This document shows, in pieces, positions 36,889 to 49,673 of a stretch of 64,000 nt of DNA; the stretch's first letter is position 1, and the number at the start of each line of letters is the position of its first letter. A program made the position numbers and the translations under genes. Source of the DNA: Tubiluchus corallicola (taxonomy: Eukaryota > Animalia > Priapulida); contig JAQGDQ010000417.1 of assembly GCA_030141605.1 (NCBI GenBank), forward strand, positions 62,001-126,000. The letters run 5' to 3'. Below the pieces are notes generated by a model. The model saw only the letters and a program-made list of their open reading frames with translations, had not been told where the DNA came from and ran no database searches.

Positions 36889-38100
36889 GTGACACACTCT
36901 AATGTATGATTTACAGTCCTTTAGGCATTATTAAAAGGTAAAACTCGTGTCAAATGGATCTATTAGGCATTATAACTTATTTGAACTTTTCATGCTTATC
37001 AGGCTTCGCTCATTCATGGTCACTTGTTAAAGTTTTATTGCACCCATCTGTTTGTCAAGTCCAATCGTGCCACAGAGTTATAACGGAAGATTTAAAGAAA
37101 TTTTGCTGTGAGAAAGTGAAAGTAGTGTTACCACTGTGATGTTTCGCATGAATTCAGTCTTCCAGCATAGTACAGAGTCTCCATCTAGTGCAGAAATTTC
37201 TTTCATTCCAGAAAATGAATTTGACTGATTTGTAACAAAGACCCCAGACACGCACGTAGTATTATTACTAGGACGATTACTAGTGAATGAAGTTTAAACG
37301 TTAGAGATAAAATGTAAAATGCTAAATATATGACCTAACCGATCTTCAAGTTCAAGGTCACGCAGTGTCAAGGTCAAACTCGACCTTTTCCCATTCCAGC
37401 AGTACACAGGCCACAGGTTTGATCGGCTTGAGGAATGACCAAATGTCCGAATAGCCGGAAACGGTGTCAAGTCACTGCCAAAAAACTTCAGTGAAAGATA
37501 AGCATTAAACCTTATGTAATGAAGATAGGCTAAACTAGTATCTCACTCCTAGTCATAAAGGGTTAAACAAAAGGTATACGTTCCCATGAAAGCATACGAT
37601 ACAGCTTTACTGCACACAAGTTTGATACTCGGCATCGCACGGCCTGCCTCATTGAGGTTGTTACAACACTGGGAACTGGATGAATATCATATCGTGTAAA
37701 AACGCTTCCCACGAATGCTCAACAGGAAAACTTGACACAGACCTTTGAGTGCACAGTTTTTGGAAATGTTTGCTGAAAGGGAATTTCTTTTGAAAAGTTA
37801 CTAATTTTTTCACAACATTTTTTTACAGTTCTGCCAAATTCTCTAGGCGCAAACTCAACGATGGACCTCGCTCACTTGCAAGTAATAAAATCATCCCCAT
37901 CTCTAACCAACCAACCAACAACGGATACAGTTTCTAGCTAAGATAAGATAAGGTTGAATGAGATCACAGTCGAGGCACAGATTGTGTGGCACTGCAGCTA
38001 GAAAGAAACATACAGGTAACACTTCTTCAAAAACAAAGGCTTTTATCGAATCTCCAATTATTAAGGACAGATACAGTAATGACCTTCATGGCAGCCTTAC

Positions 38101-38310
38101 CTGTATCTCTTTCAACTCTTTCTCCAGTCGCATGCGCTCGGACGTCTCAGCTTCCAGCATCTCGGATGCGTGCATAGCCGTGGCGTGCTCATCCGTGAGG
38201 TCGGCAGATGCCTCCGCGAGTCTCGACTCTAATCGATCATGCTCCTGCTTCAGTTGATTACGTTCCTTCTCCAACTTAGCGTAGTTAGCTTGCAGTTCAA
38301 CTAATTCAAC
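38101..38310 (-). CDS. MYO18: Myosin XVIII exon, coiled coil
   Basis: CAG/GTAAG, 210 nt, phase 0-0; ...DRLESRLAEASADLTDEHATAMHASEMLEAETSERMRLEKELKEIQ. Confidence 0.95.
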
Positions 38311-38844
38311 CTGTTAGCAAAATCAAAGTGTTAATTTACGTATAGGCAGGATACAGTCACAGTGGTTGTTAGCATCGTACATAAGTACTATCATGCTTTC
38401 AGGCGTTGGAACCGATTAAAACAAAATATCGCAAGTGTGTAAAATTTTCCAACTTTTTTAGAATGTATAATGAGATGAACAAAACGGAGACGTTTTTCTA
38501 CTGCGCGAAGCATACGCAGAGTTGATCTACAAACCTCCGTCCGTTCTGCTTATGAAACCGTCGGTCGTTACTTAATTATCTACCCTCTTTACCACCAAGC
38601 CAGACACGACTTATTTACAAACCTCTGCATTCTTTTGTTAGCTTTTAACACCAATGTTTGCAGTCTTGCAACAAATGAACTTGTATGTTTGTTCCTGCAT
38701 GGGAACCATACCCAAGATAATTCTGTGAACACTCAAATTTTTGTTTTAGTTTCTTTTATTTCAAACATTAAGCGCTTTAAATAGTATTAACTTTGTTACT
38801 CTTGTTACATAGTAATGCTTATATTTATTGAAACATTTTTTGTA

Positions 38845-39294
38845 CAGTGGAACCTCGATTTACGAAAACCCTATTATACGAAAAATTCAGAATACGAATC
38901 GGGCTTCGAAGAAATTTCTGTCTCATTTAACGAAAAAATATTCAAGATACGAAAACGAAAATCGAAAGTGCCGCCCGACAGCGGTCCTCCCAGAATGCAA
39001 TTCGTAGCATCACACTACCCTCATTACTCGTAACAACATTTATTATTATTTTTTATTAATTTTATTATTTTCTCATTGTTTTTTAACTTTTATGTAAATG
39101 ATTATGTTGTCATTAATGAACATATTTCTTTTGGATGGGTAAAATATTTACACTTTATGCGACTGTTTTCGGGGTGGGGGGTGGGGGGCTGTAACGAATT
39201 ACGCCATTTATAGGGTAAATCTTGTCTCATCATACGAAAATTCTAAGCTACGCCTCTCCGGAAGAAAGTAATTTCGTATCTCGAGGTATCACTG
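38845..39294. mobile_element. pogo/Tigger-like MITE
   Basis: TA-CAGTGGAACCTCGA..TACGAA / TTCGTA..TCGAGGTATCACTG-TA. Confidence 0.8.
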
Positions 39295-39298
39295 TACA

Positions 39299-39452
39299 AT
39301 GTGGTCACCACTGTTCTGCATCTGTCCAGCGTTCGCTCTCACTAGGGGGATTGTGGTCACCACTGTTCTGCATCTGTCTAGCGTTTGCTCTCACTAGGGG
39401 GATTGTGGTCACCACTGTTCTGCATCTGTCTAGTGTTCGCTCCCACTAGGGG
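39299..39452. repeat. 53-bp tandem repeat, 3 copies
   Basis: TGTGGTCACCACTGTTCTGCATCTGTC..ACTAGGGGG. Confidence 0.9.
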
Positions 39453-39534
39453 GAGAGCATGTACCAGTTGTAAAACTGTTTGTTTCAAACCTAGTCGTAT
39501 GTTACATCTTTGATAAATTATGTTTAAATCAAAC

Positions 39535-39678
39535 CTCTTTTGTCTTTAGCTCCTCCTCCGTCCTGTGCACGTTCAACAGGGGCGCCACTTTAGTGAACAG
39601 TCGCCACCAATCCCACTTACGTATGGCCATGTACTTCTTGACGTTGCGTTGTACGCAGCGTATAGCTAAGTCTTGTAC
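39535..39678 (-). CDS. MYO18: Myosin XVIII exon, neck and start of rod
   Basis: TAG/GTTTG, 144 nt, phase 0-0; VQDLAIRCVQRNVKKYMAIRKWDWWRLFTKVAPLL (WxWW motif). Confidence 0.96.
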
Positions 39679-39945
39679 CTAAGCAAAGAATACAACTGCC
39701 AGTTATCATCTGCATGAGCTAAGTCTTGTACCTAAGCAACGAATACAACTGTCAGTTATCGTCTGTATGCAGCATATAGCTAACTCTTCTACTTAAGCAA
39801 AGCAGAAGTAAAAAATTCATATAGATGAAACTGCTTGTAAGCAGTTTCTTTGATAGCCAACCTGATGTAGCTTAACTTAGTGTTCCAGCACATACTATTA
39901 CCGCTCAGCAATTTTTCCTACGTATCACACCTGAACACGTTTTAC

Positions 39946-40074
39946 CTTTCTTTTGGCTAGCTTTTTCCGAGCGATGCAACCTCTACAGTAAGCCTGGAAC
40001 TTCGTCATAGTAGCTTCAATTTGTTCATCTCTGGCTGCTTGTAACTGCACCAGCACACCGGCGTGGAAAAATAT
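39946..40074 (-). CDS. MYO18: Myosin XVIII exon, converter end and IQ motif
   Basis: CAG/GTAAA, 129 nt, phase 0-0; IFFHAGVLVQLQAARDEQIEATMTKFQAYCRGCIARKKLAKRK. Confidence 0.95.
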
Positions 40075-40148
40075 CTGCAACAGATGCATAAAACTCAAGA
40101 CGATACTCTCAACAGCACGACTGAATCGCGTAATGTGTTAACCATATA

Positions 40149-40606
40149 CAGGAATGAGAATGACAAATTGCAAAACACTATGAGACAGGCCGTAGGCACC
40201 AACAAATTGCAATTTTGTGACCATAGAGAGCCTCTAAGTGGACTTAAAACATCAGTTACCTTGTTTCATGCATAATTTAAAATACCCAGCTATCAAGGAT
40301 ACATGATACCTAACTGTCCCAAGAATACCTAAGTACTGGCCACTCCTATGCAAAAGTATATAAAAATTGTCTGCAATTGACTCAAATAACTCCACACAAT
40401 TGATTCCATATTTTTATACATAGAGATATACACGTGGTTACACTGATGTACGTGATGTAAACAAAGTGACGGCCTGCCAACTAGCGGTCAGTTTGTGAAA
40501 TAATGTACTAGGTCGGTAAAAATTTTCTCAACGATTTACAAAAATGGCACTATTGGTCTTCCAAAAACTCTGAATTCCGCGTATCCGCAGAAAATTCTCA
40601 TCCCTG
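40149..40606. mobile_element. CAGGGATGAGAAT MITE, copy 3
   Basis: High identity to copy 1; flanks CATATA/CATATG. Confidence 0.85.
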
Positions 40607-41053
40607 CATATGGTGTTAACTTTGTGCAACATTAGAAGCATGTCCAGTCTAGCGAGTTTAAAGCCTTTAAAGCATAAGTACTAAGCCTCTCAAAGTGAAA
40701 TTTCCTTTTAATTTACAGAAAAGCTGTTTTAAGTTTATAATTACAAAAGTGATGACAGTATTAGTAGATTTATTAAGTTCACTGGTTAAACCAAAATTAA
40801 ATGGCAGCAATAAGTGGTTGTCGCGACTGACATTTACTCTTCATTGAAACCTGACAGTCTACACAGGACATAGCCTAATCTTTTTTAATTGATGAAAAAT
40901 TATTACTGTTAACTTGGTAGTTATCTCTCTGATAGAAAAGCTCGTAAGTGCGAATTACTTTGCAAGTTACAGTCTTATAGAGCTATATTACACGCTGGCA
41001 AAAAACCCTATAATGCACATAAATCTTCCTCGTACTAATGCATGAACACTCAC

Positions 41054-41220
41054 TCTAGTCTGTCCCATTTTATAATCTGTTGGATCTACGTCCATGTGTT
41101 GTACCAGCTCCACGACAACAGCTTGTTCGTCACCCACTTCTTCCATTCTGCGCGCCTCCGGAGGCGCAAGAAGCTGGAACCTTCTACGAAACTCTCCGTA
41201 CGGCATGTGATCAGGGTAAC
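41054..41220 (-). CDS. MYO18: Myosin XVIII exon, converter
   Basis: TAG/GTGAG, 167 nt, phase 1-0; YPDHMPYGEFRRRFQLLAP...YKMGQTR. Confidence 0.96.
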
Positions 41221-41300
41221 CTAAAAAAAGGGTAGAGACGTGAAAATAATAAAAGCGATTTAGAGAGGATTTCAATGCCCGTGTTACGAAAAATGTATAA

Positions 41301-41762
41301 ATTCAGCAGTATTGAAAAATATTCAGCATAGTTAAACTGAAAATGTTTACTGAAAAGGTTTATTCAGCTGCTTCATTAATTATCTCTCAATTATAGATAA
41401 GATTTCTCGCTTTGTTTCTTTAATTAACCAACGAACTAGCTAGTTGTATAAAATTATAAAAAATAGTTCAGTTCACAATACACCAAAATTAATTACATAT
41501 CCGATTAAATTAAAATCATTATCCTAAGATATTCAGCAGTATTTAAAAAACATTCAGCATATTTAAACTGAAAATGCCTACTGAAAAGGTTTATGCAGCT
41601 GCTTCATTTATTATTTATTATTTATAGATAAGATTTTCCATTTTGTATCTTTACTTAACCAGCGAACTAGCTAGTTTTGTAAAATTATAAAAAAAGCTAC
41701 AGTTCATCATGCACCAAAATTAAGTACATATCCGACTAAATTTATAAGCAATACCCTAAGAT
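41301..41762. repeat. About 230-bp diverged tandem duplication
   Basis: ATTCAGCAGTATT at 41301 and 41531, with colinear similarity after it. Confidence 0.85.
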
Positions 41763-42362
41763 AAACACCATAACATTTTATTTTATATAAAAGTTAGGAT
41801 GTCACAACAGTGGTTTTTAACTAATAAACAGTTTAACCAAAATACAAAAATGAACTCAAGATGGTTCCTCGCAGAAAAATGGCATGATGATTATGCAAGT
41901 AAAGTTCAGTTTTTTCAGGCAATAAACTGTCAGTCAGCAGTTGTAAGACTTATAAGCCTTTTGCTTTAAAGGAAAAGTCAACACTTTTGGGAAGTTACGT
42001 TTATTTCTACACTCGTGAATAATATTAGAAATATTTAGTAATAAAAGTATGATAAGTGCCAAATGTGAATAGTAAAATCACTTTAAAGTTGTGATCATTT
42101 CACGCTTGAGCTCTTCAATTTTGAACGGCCATCTTTCCACCAATGACGTCGTTCATCGGTCAAAGAAAAGCAGCACAAAAATTAGACAGCTAACTTTGTG
42201 ATATTTTTGCAGGAATATTAGGTAAGTTGGAGAGGTATGAAATATTTTAATTACCGCACACTTACAAAAAGTCACAAAGTCCACCAATTACATCATCATT
42301 TTCAAATAAATGGCGGCCACCACCACGTCTGAAATCTTCTATACAGCGGTAGTATAAATTAA

Positions 42363-42935
42363 CCATTATAGGGTCACCGGGGGGGTAAAAAATTACCTCC
42401 AGACCGGTTTTTTGCATTTTACCGTATGCATCCCAGTAAACCTTTTCCATGACTTTTTCTAAATATGTTTTATGCACAAAATACTTTCAGTTACTTATTT
42501 TAGGCGCATTGTCTCACCAGGAAATAAAAGTGAAAATGCAATATGTCGATTTTTTTAAAATTGTCGAAACTTTACTTCGCTTTTCTATACATTATACGGG
42601 CGATGCATCTAATAAAACAAAATGTCAGACGTCTGTAAAAGAAGAAACTAGTAGACAATAAATTCAAAATAACAATGATTTTTGCACACGCGCTAGCAAT
42701 GTCGGTTGTCTACAGTTATTCCAGCATAGATAAGGGAACGTAAATAAGTGAATTTAAATTTCGTTTTACTAGTAAGTCACATGTCTTTAAGCAGAGGTAT
42801 AATATATCCTATGGTGGTTGCTGTTTACTAATGAAACACGGCGGTTTATTAAAAGCTATTTACGAATTATGGTGGGGTAATTTTTTACCCCCCGGTTACC
42901 AAAATCGGTTGTAAAAAATTGTGACCCTAAAAGGG
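42363..42935. mobile_element. piggyBac-like MITE
   Basis: TTAA-CCATTATAGGGTCAC ... GTGACCCTAAAAGGG-TTAA; second copy from 63796. Confidence 0.82.
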
Positions 42936-43158
42936 TTAACTTTATGTCCTACGAGCAACGTTTTGCAGTTTTCTTTGTAACATTTTTTAAGGTTTAAGTG
43001 ATAACAGTAAAATAAACCCAACATGCCAAGTGGCTTCTATTGTAATTAAAGTGCAGCTGCCCTTCTTATGCTACACGTACTTAAACATACACTTATACAA
43101 CGGCCCAAACGAACTTAATAAAATTACGCCTTCCAATGACAGTAAAACGCCCTCTCAC

Positions 43159-43363
43159 CTTGTCTATAAATGCGCAGTGTGTCTAGCAACTCAGCACTAC
43201 GGATTTGCTCTCGTACTAGAGGTACGTTCATGACGATCTCGTCGAGGGTAGCCGACTGTAGCTGTGCGGCTGACTTCACGTCGCACAGACCCGCATTATG
43301 CTGGGGTAGAATGCAGTGCACATAATGCGGTGTGGTTTTACGTAACAATTCCACCAAACCATC
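43159..43363 (-). CDS. MYO18: Myosin XVIII exon, motor domain (SH helix region)
   Basis: CAG/GTGAG, 205 nt, phase 0-1; DGLVELLRKTTPHYVHCILP...NVPLVREQIRSAELLDTLRIYRQG. Confidence 0.96.
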
Positions 43364-43639
43364 CTGAGAAAAATGGACCACAGTTATTATAGTTTTTTTG
43401 TAACACCATCTGTAATGATTAAACATTCTTTATTTGAATAAAAAATATTGGCATTAAAATAAGCAATAAAGGCAAATGTTGTAGACATGTTATGCAGGAA
43501 TTCTTTAAATAAAGTTTACAAAATCACATGCTGGAATACAAGGATAAAAGAAGCATATTATGATCACATCACACAGACATTAATATAAAAAGCATCGCAA
43601 AAAAATTGATTAGCAAATGTGTGTTTGCATAGCAAAATC

Positions 43640-44225
43640 GCCCATACGTCAGCAATTAAATTTTTCTAGTTTGTTACACATCCTGAACCTCCATTTCATG
43701 TCCACGTTGAAGCTGAGGTGCAGGCTACACACTGAAAAACATAATCTTGAGAAAAACGCTGTTAAAGTCAGCAAATTAAGATCTTTGCTGCACTTATGGA
43801 AACTGTGTTCTAAGACTCAGAATTATGGACAATCAAAGTACAACCCGAATCAGAAATTAATGCATTTCAAAGAAGAAACTTCAGGAACATTCTAGGAATA
43901 AAATGACCAAAGAAAATATTAAACCAGGATCTACAATAAAGTCAAAGCAGGGGAATGGACAATTAAAATCAAAAGAAGAAGATTAAGATGGACAGGACAT
44001 GTTATGCGACTACCAGTTAACAGTCCATTAAAATTAGCTTTCAAAGAAGCACTGCAGAAAGAAAAGAAACCACAAGGAGGACAGCTGCTGACTTACATCA
44101 ATTTCATCCAAAAAGATCTTGTCAACAAGCCATTAGATATGAAAAATACAGAGACATGGGAGGTTGCGGGTGACAGGGCAGTGTGGAGTAAAGTGATCAG
44201 GAGGGTCATGTCAGAGGATGTGTGA
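43640..44225 (+). mobile_element. Degenerate RTE-clade-like LINE 3' fragment
   Basis: IKIKRRRLRWTGHVMRLPVNSPLKLAF...DRAVW, typical of the post-RT C-terminus of RTE-like LINEs; frame disrupted. Confidence 0.7.
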
Positions 44226-44296
44226 CTCCAGAGAGATGAGAGTGCGATGATACAGGAAGTGAAATTGTTAACTTAAATCGCAATTAGCGCACTCAC

Positions 44297-44480
44297 CATT
44301 TGAAATTTAACCTGTAGTGCCGTAGATTTGCGTTTTGTACCCGCTACTCCAGTAGTCTGTGATCGCCTCATACTAGAAACACGACGTAAGCTGGTGCTGC
44401 CCTCTAAGCCGACACACGACCCACCCAGGACGTTCGGAATCGGACCTCGTTGTGTGAGGAACACGTTAGAAATATTTTCC
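44297..44480 (-). CDS. MYO18: Myosin XVIII exon, motor domain (loop 2 region)
   Basis: CAG/GTGAG, 184 nt, phase 2-0; VLGGSCVGLEGSTSLRRVSSMRRSQTTGVAGTKRKSTALQVKFQM, a MYO18-specific signature. Confidence 0.96.
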
Positions 44481-44562
44481 CTGGAATTTTCAAGTAAAAA
44501 TATGAGTTCGCACTGAGGGTAGCAATGTGAGTTCTGCTATAAGTAAGAAAGTAAGTAAAAAA

Positions 44563-44759
<197 letters not shown>

Positions 44760-44829
44760 CAGTTTATCTTTCCAACGATTTACAATGATCTACAACGTTT
44801 CAATTCTACTTTCAAAAGCTCATTGCATC

Positions 44830-45235
44830 TATTGTAGGCATTGAGACATCAACATTTATTAGAGTATTCCACCCACTTCTATCTGCAGCTAACAGCGTAA
44901 GTTCTTCTACTCCGAAAGATAGATTTGGTTGAAGTTGTTGAACATCTTTATTTATCTTATCTATCCAAGTTGTTTTAGGTTTGCCAAGTGGTTTTTTTCA
45001 AGGTCTTAAGGCGGTTACTGGTGATTACTGGTGCTTCATTTGGTAATCTTAGAAGACGTCCTAGCCATCTTAATCTTCAGATATTGACTTTTGAACTCCA
45101 AGGCATTTCTTTCGTTCTGATGTATAAATCTTCATTTTTGATTATATATGGCCATCTTATCTCTAAAACTTTCCTTAGAAACTTGAACGAAATGCGCCAG
45201 TCTGCTTTTCCTGAGTAATTGTTAAACCCCAAGTT
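44830..45235 (-). mobile_element. Second degenerate RTE-like LINE 3' fragment, opposite orientation
   Basis: Minus strand reads FLRKVLEIRWPYIIKNEDLY..RLRWLGRLLRLP, with stops and frameshifts. Confidence 0.65.
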
Positions 45236-45978
45236 TCGCTGTTGTACATAAATATGCTGATAACGTCATATTTCACATCAAAAATACTAAGCAGTTGTTC
45301 TTAGCAAAAAGCAGTTGAAAGAGGCACTGTTCTTTGATTAGGTGTTTCTACACAATACAAACACTTCAATTTTGAGTAAAAGAAGAAAAAGAAAAAACAG
45401 GAAATGAGAAGCACCACACAATGCTTAGCAGATTATTTAAGTACATTAGAAAAGGATGATGTATAAAACATAAAACTTCTAATCTCTCTCTAAAGTATTT
45501 ATATCCTACCTCAAAGTACTTAATTACACTTATACTCCATCTCTAAAGTACTTATATCCTACCTCAAAGTACTTAATTATACTTATACCCCATCTCTAAA
45601 GTACACATGTACACTTATATCGTATCCCAAAGTACATGTACTTACATCCTATCTCTAAAGTACACGTACTTATACCCTACCTCTAAAGTACATGTATTTT
45701 TGTCCTACTTCTAATGTGCATAAGTACATGTACTAATGTCCCATCGTAAGTGTATTTATATCCCATCTGAAAAGAACAAGTACTTGTATTCATTCTCTAA
45801 AGTACAAGTACTTGTATTCATTCTCTAAAGTACATGTACTTATACCCTTCCTCTAATGTAAAGTACATGTACTAACGTCCCAACGTAAATGTATTTATAT
45901 CCCATCTGTAAAGTACAAGTACTTTATTCATTCTCTAAAACACACGCACTTATGTGCATCTCCAAAAACAACACTTAC

Positions 45979-46138
45979 TTATCCGACTCTTGAAGTAATG
46001 GTGCTGCTGCTCTGATGAGTGGATTCTCCCGGGCTAACTTCAGCCAGTTACGAGCGTTGTACAGTACAGGATTTGTCCCATGAAAATGACAAATAATGAA
46101 TTCCACCGGTGATTTGGTTGCCTTTAATAACACGCCAT
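45979..46138 (-). CDS. MYO18: Myosin XVIII exon, motor domain
   Basis: CAG/GTAAG, 160 nt, phase 1-2; EFIICHFHGTNPVLYNARNWLKLARENP. Confidence 0.95.
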
Positions 46139-46435
46139 CTGCAGGAAGAATATAAAAATAAAGTAATCCGGAATGCAAAGCATTTGGTTACTCACTAGCC
46201 AAACATGAGTGCGCACACGCACGAACGTTTTGCTTAAGCGTATTTACAAAATGTATAAGGGTTAGTAACATGCTATGCTACAGATGATGCCTTTCCAACG
46301 ATTCCTTTAAGACACTCAACATTTTTTCTGCAGTAATGTTCTATAGTGATGTAGAACATGATCAACATGAACCACTGATGATCAACGATGAGCGAACATT
46401 CTACACAGTCTTTGCTTACTGCTGGCGGAATGAGC

Positions 46436-46968
46436 GTAATAAGCAACAGATACGCTTTTGCAGTTGCCATGGTAATAAGCAACAGATACGCTTTTGCAGT
46501 TGCCACGGTAATAAGCAACAGATACGCTTTTGCAGTTGCCACGGTAATAAGCAACAGATACGCTTTTGCAGTTGCCACGGTAATAAGCAACAGATATGCT
46601 TTTGCAGTTGCCATGGTAATAAGCAACAGATACGCTTTTGCAGTTGCCACGGTAATAAGCAACAGATACGCTTTTGTAGTTGCCACGGTAATAAGCAACA
46701 GATACGCTTTTGCAGTTGCCACGGTAATAAGCAACAGATATGCTTTTGCAGTTGCCACGGTAATAAGCAACAGATACGCTTTTGCAGTTGCCACGGTAAT
46801 AAGCAACAGATACGCTTTTGCAGTTGCCACGGTAATAAGCAACAGATACGCTTTTGCAGTTGCCACGGTAATAAGCAACAGATACAATTTTGCAGTTGGC
46901 ATGGTAATAAGCAACAGATACGCTTTTGCAGTTGCCATGGTAATAAGTAACAGATATGCTTTTGCAGT
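46436..46968. repeat. 36-bp minisatellite, about 15 copies
   Basis: Unit GTAATAAGCAACAGATACGCTTTTGCAGTTGCCACG; no spacers. Confidence 0.95.
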
Positions 46969-47480
46969 TTTCATGGATCCAAATTTGAGAAAAATTTAGT
47001 ATGTACTGTTTACTTCACAAGGAAAAAGACGTTTTGTATTACATGTACAATGAACAATTAGCAACACGGCCAACTAAATACCTTTATAGTTGTTTGTAAG
47101 TGAGCAACCAAAAAATCATGCTCACTAGGAGATGTACATTTAGAATAAAAAAAAACCGGGTTTCGCGGACATAAACTCTCTCCATTGAGGCTTAAGGTTT
47201 AAGCTCAAATGAAATTCTGCAAGACGCATATGATTTCAATACCAGAATACTAACTCCAACGTAATATTATTCAATTTGTCACTTACTGGTTTATTCACGT
47301 GGGGAATATGTTTCATTACGACATGAATTGTTCAATGAAAAATAGAGAAATTTATTGTCTTTGTATAACAACTCTTACACTCAAAACTCTCTAAGATGTT
47401 CCTAAGCGTAGCACATTTACATTACATTACAATTTAATAGAGTGGTAAGAAAACCGTCAGAAAATTGATATCAAAAATAC

Positions 47481-47613
47481 CTTTACGCTTTTTGCTTGCA
47501 TATGCCATCAGCAGTCTGTCGACGAACGTCTCATCAGTAGCACCAGGAAAAATGGCTTCCTCGTCCAGTAACCATAGCAACCCTTTGCGTTCCACTCCAT
47601 CCTGCCCTCTTGG
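47481..47613 (-). CDS. MYO18: Myosin XVIII exon, motor domain
   Basis: CAG/GTATT, 133 nt, phase 0-1; RKGLLWLLDEEAIFPGATDETFVDRLL. Confidence 0.95.
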
Positions 47614-48040
47614 CTGGAAAAGAACAGAGTTTTTAGCAGGACAATGTCACGAAATCAAGAATTATCATCAAACGCGTCAATTTCACAGTCACAAGTCTCT
47701 GAATCTCTAATTAGTCTTCACTTAAATGGTAGAACCATTCTCACACATGACAACAATGTCAGATATTGCTAAACGATACACAAATAGAAATTTTTGTGTA
47801 CTATCTTCACGTAATTTCATTTATCAACAGCTGCATTGCCTGGACGCCATTTCTTCTTCCTGAGGCCTCTGCATCAGTGCTAACAGTGGCCAATGGTTAG
47901 TTTTTTGCCAATAAAAACACGATTATAAAGAACTACGAATGAATTGAAAAACACTGTAAGCCGTCTACATTTATATTCACATTTACTTATGTACGTGACG
48001 AGTGCTATCAACTTTACACAACTTGCAAAGACGTACTTAC

Positions 48041-48127
48041 CAGGGTGCTTTGAACAGGCTTATCAATCATGCTTATCATCGGTCCCGGAGACGGCACAGT
48101 TGTCGCAAAATCAAAATCTATGTTTTC
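48041..48127 (-). CDS. MYO18: Myosin XVIII exon, motor domain
   Basis: TAG/GTAAG, 87 nt, phase 0-0; ENIDFDFATTVPSPGPMISMIDKPVQSTL. Confidence 0.9.
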
Positions 48128-49146
48128 CTAAAAGACCACAAAAGTAAAACTGAACAGAAGTAGGTATGCTAGCGATGTCATAACAGCTCAGTATCTAGTT
48201 TTACCCTTACTAGATACTGCACAAAACATACGAAACCTTACCAACTCTTTAACAAGTGCCAAGAGCTGTTGTCTAAACAGCAGAACAACCTTGTCGGTAA
48301 AAGGCCATGTCTAAGAAGCAAAAAAGAAGCATTAAAACACAGTGCATGCCAATTTTTTAGAGTCACTTTTAATAGAATCAGTCGCCTAATCTGGTATGGG
48401 CAGCTCCTGTTCAAATGTATATAACAAAACTGCCAGAAATTGATTCAATATTTTTCCTTCCCGACACTTGTGTGTGGTCAAAGAAATTTCCCTAGTTTTA
48501 TGTCATCTTTGCTTTGTGTTTGTGCACTATATTATACATAGAAAGAATCATGTTAAGTACCATTTTGTTTGTAAGCAGGCACATTTATCATGCGCTAATA
48601 TGCTAGCCTAGAGGTTTTGTTTTGAATCTGCTATCTCCTCGTCCACTGCAATTAACCTCGTTACGCAATAATTTCTGGAAGCTACGTTTTCATTTACAAT
48701 AAAAGGTTTTTTATGAATAATACTGGACTGAATTCGACTGAATCAGAGTCAGAGGGTCAAATTCCAGGACAGCCTAGCAGCTAGCGAAGCATTTTTGTTT
48801 TAAATTTGTCACCTGTTCGTCTGCCGCAATTAAGCTCATTTACCCAAGAATTTAGCCCGAGCTAAACTTTAATCACTTGCTTAGCTGTTTGTTTCTGAAG
48901 GCTTTGCTGCTTTTCACAGAACGTTTAATCAATTAACTATTGCTGTTATGCAACTGATGCACCAGTAGTAACCTGCCAGTATTCATTTGCAACCTTACAA
49001 GTGTAAACATCATAGAGCAACTAAGTGTATAGAGCTAATATCGGAAAATACAGCATAAGTGTAACTATTTGCATTAAAAACTCTCGCAGCCTTTACAGTG
49101 CATGCTAAGTTGAACACTGATGATTTCTATACCAGGATACTACATC

Positions 49147-49673
49147 GTCCATACGGCCATATCACGTTGAAAACACCGCTTCTTGTCTGATCACCGAAGT
49201 TAAGCAACCTGGTTAGTACTTGGATGGGTGACCGCCTAGGAATACCAGGTGCTGTAGGCTTGCAGGATGCCCACACTGTATCTCGACACTAGGCAGAGGA
49301 ACTGCAAAAGCAGCCAACGGCTAGAGGGCGGAGTAGTTCAAGTGACCCAACGGCCATGTATAGAGGAGTAAACCTTCCAAATCAGGAGTGGAGCCCCGAA
49401 GGCGGACCAGTGCAGCATGCTCACTGACTCTGGCAGCTCCTACAGCCAACCTGGTGCCAAACGTATCGCTCGCTTTCCTTTGGACTACACCCAGGAAGAG
49501 AGGGGGGTGCCTGTTGTCTGGGCAACTCAGGATCTCCATACACCTTGGACAGGCGTGTGCCCTGGAGACGTTCAAAGATCGCACTGCTCAGCCACAGTTG
49601 ACACTGCAGCTCCATCAATGTGACTCTCTTGGCGAACACTCCATTGTCTTCTGAAGACAGAAGGATGCCAACA
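49147..49673 (+). mobile_element. 5S rRNA-derived SINE (SINE3)
   Basis: 49147-49261 is 5S-like (TACGGCCATATCACGTTGAAAACACCG...GTTAGTACTTGGATGGGTGACCGCC..GAATACCAGGTGCTGTAGGCTT) with a deletion of about 7 nt; it continues into a ~410-bp body ending CCAACA; perfect 10-bp TSD ATACTACATC (49137-46 / 49674-83). Confidence 0.88.

Noticed and set aside
46273-46999. Three 200+ aa ORFs and a 36-bp repeat of CRISPR-like length
   Set aside because: Head-to-tail minisatellite with no spacers and no cas genes, in a eukaryotic intron; the ORFs arise because the 36-bp unit is stop-free in several frames.
49147-49261. Functional 5S rRNA gene
   Set aside because: It has an internal deletion of about 7 nt, no oligo-T terminator, and is fused to a longer body inside a TSD, so it is a SINE head.
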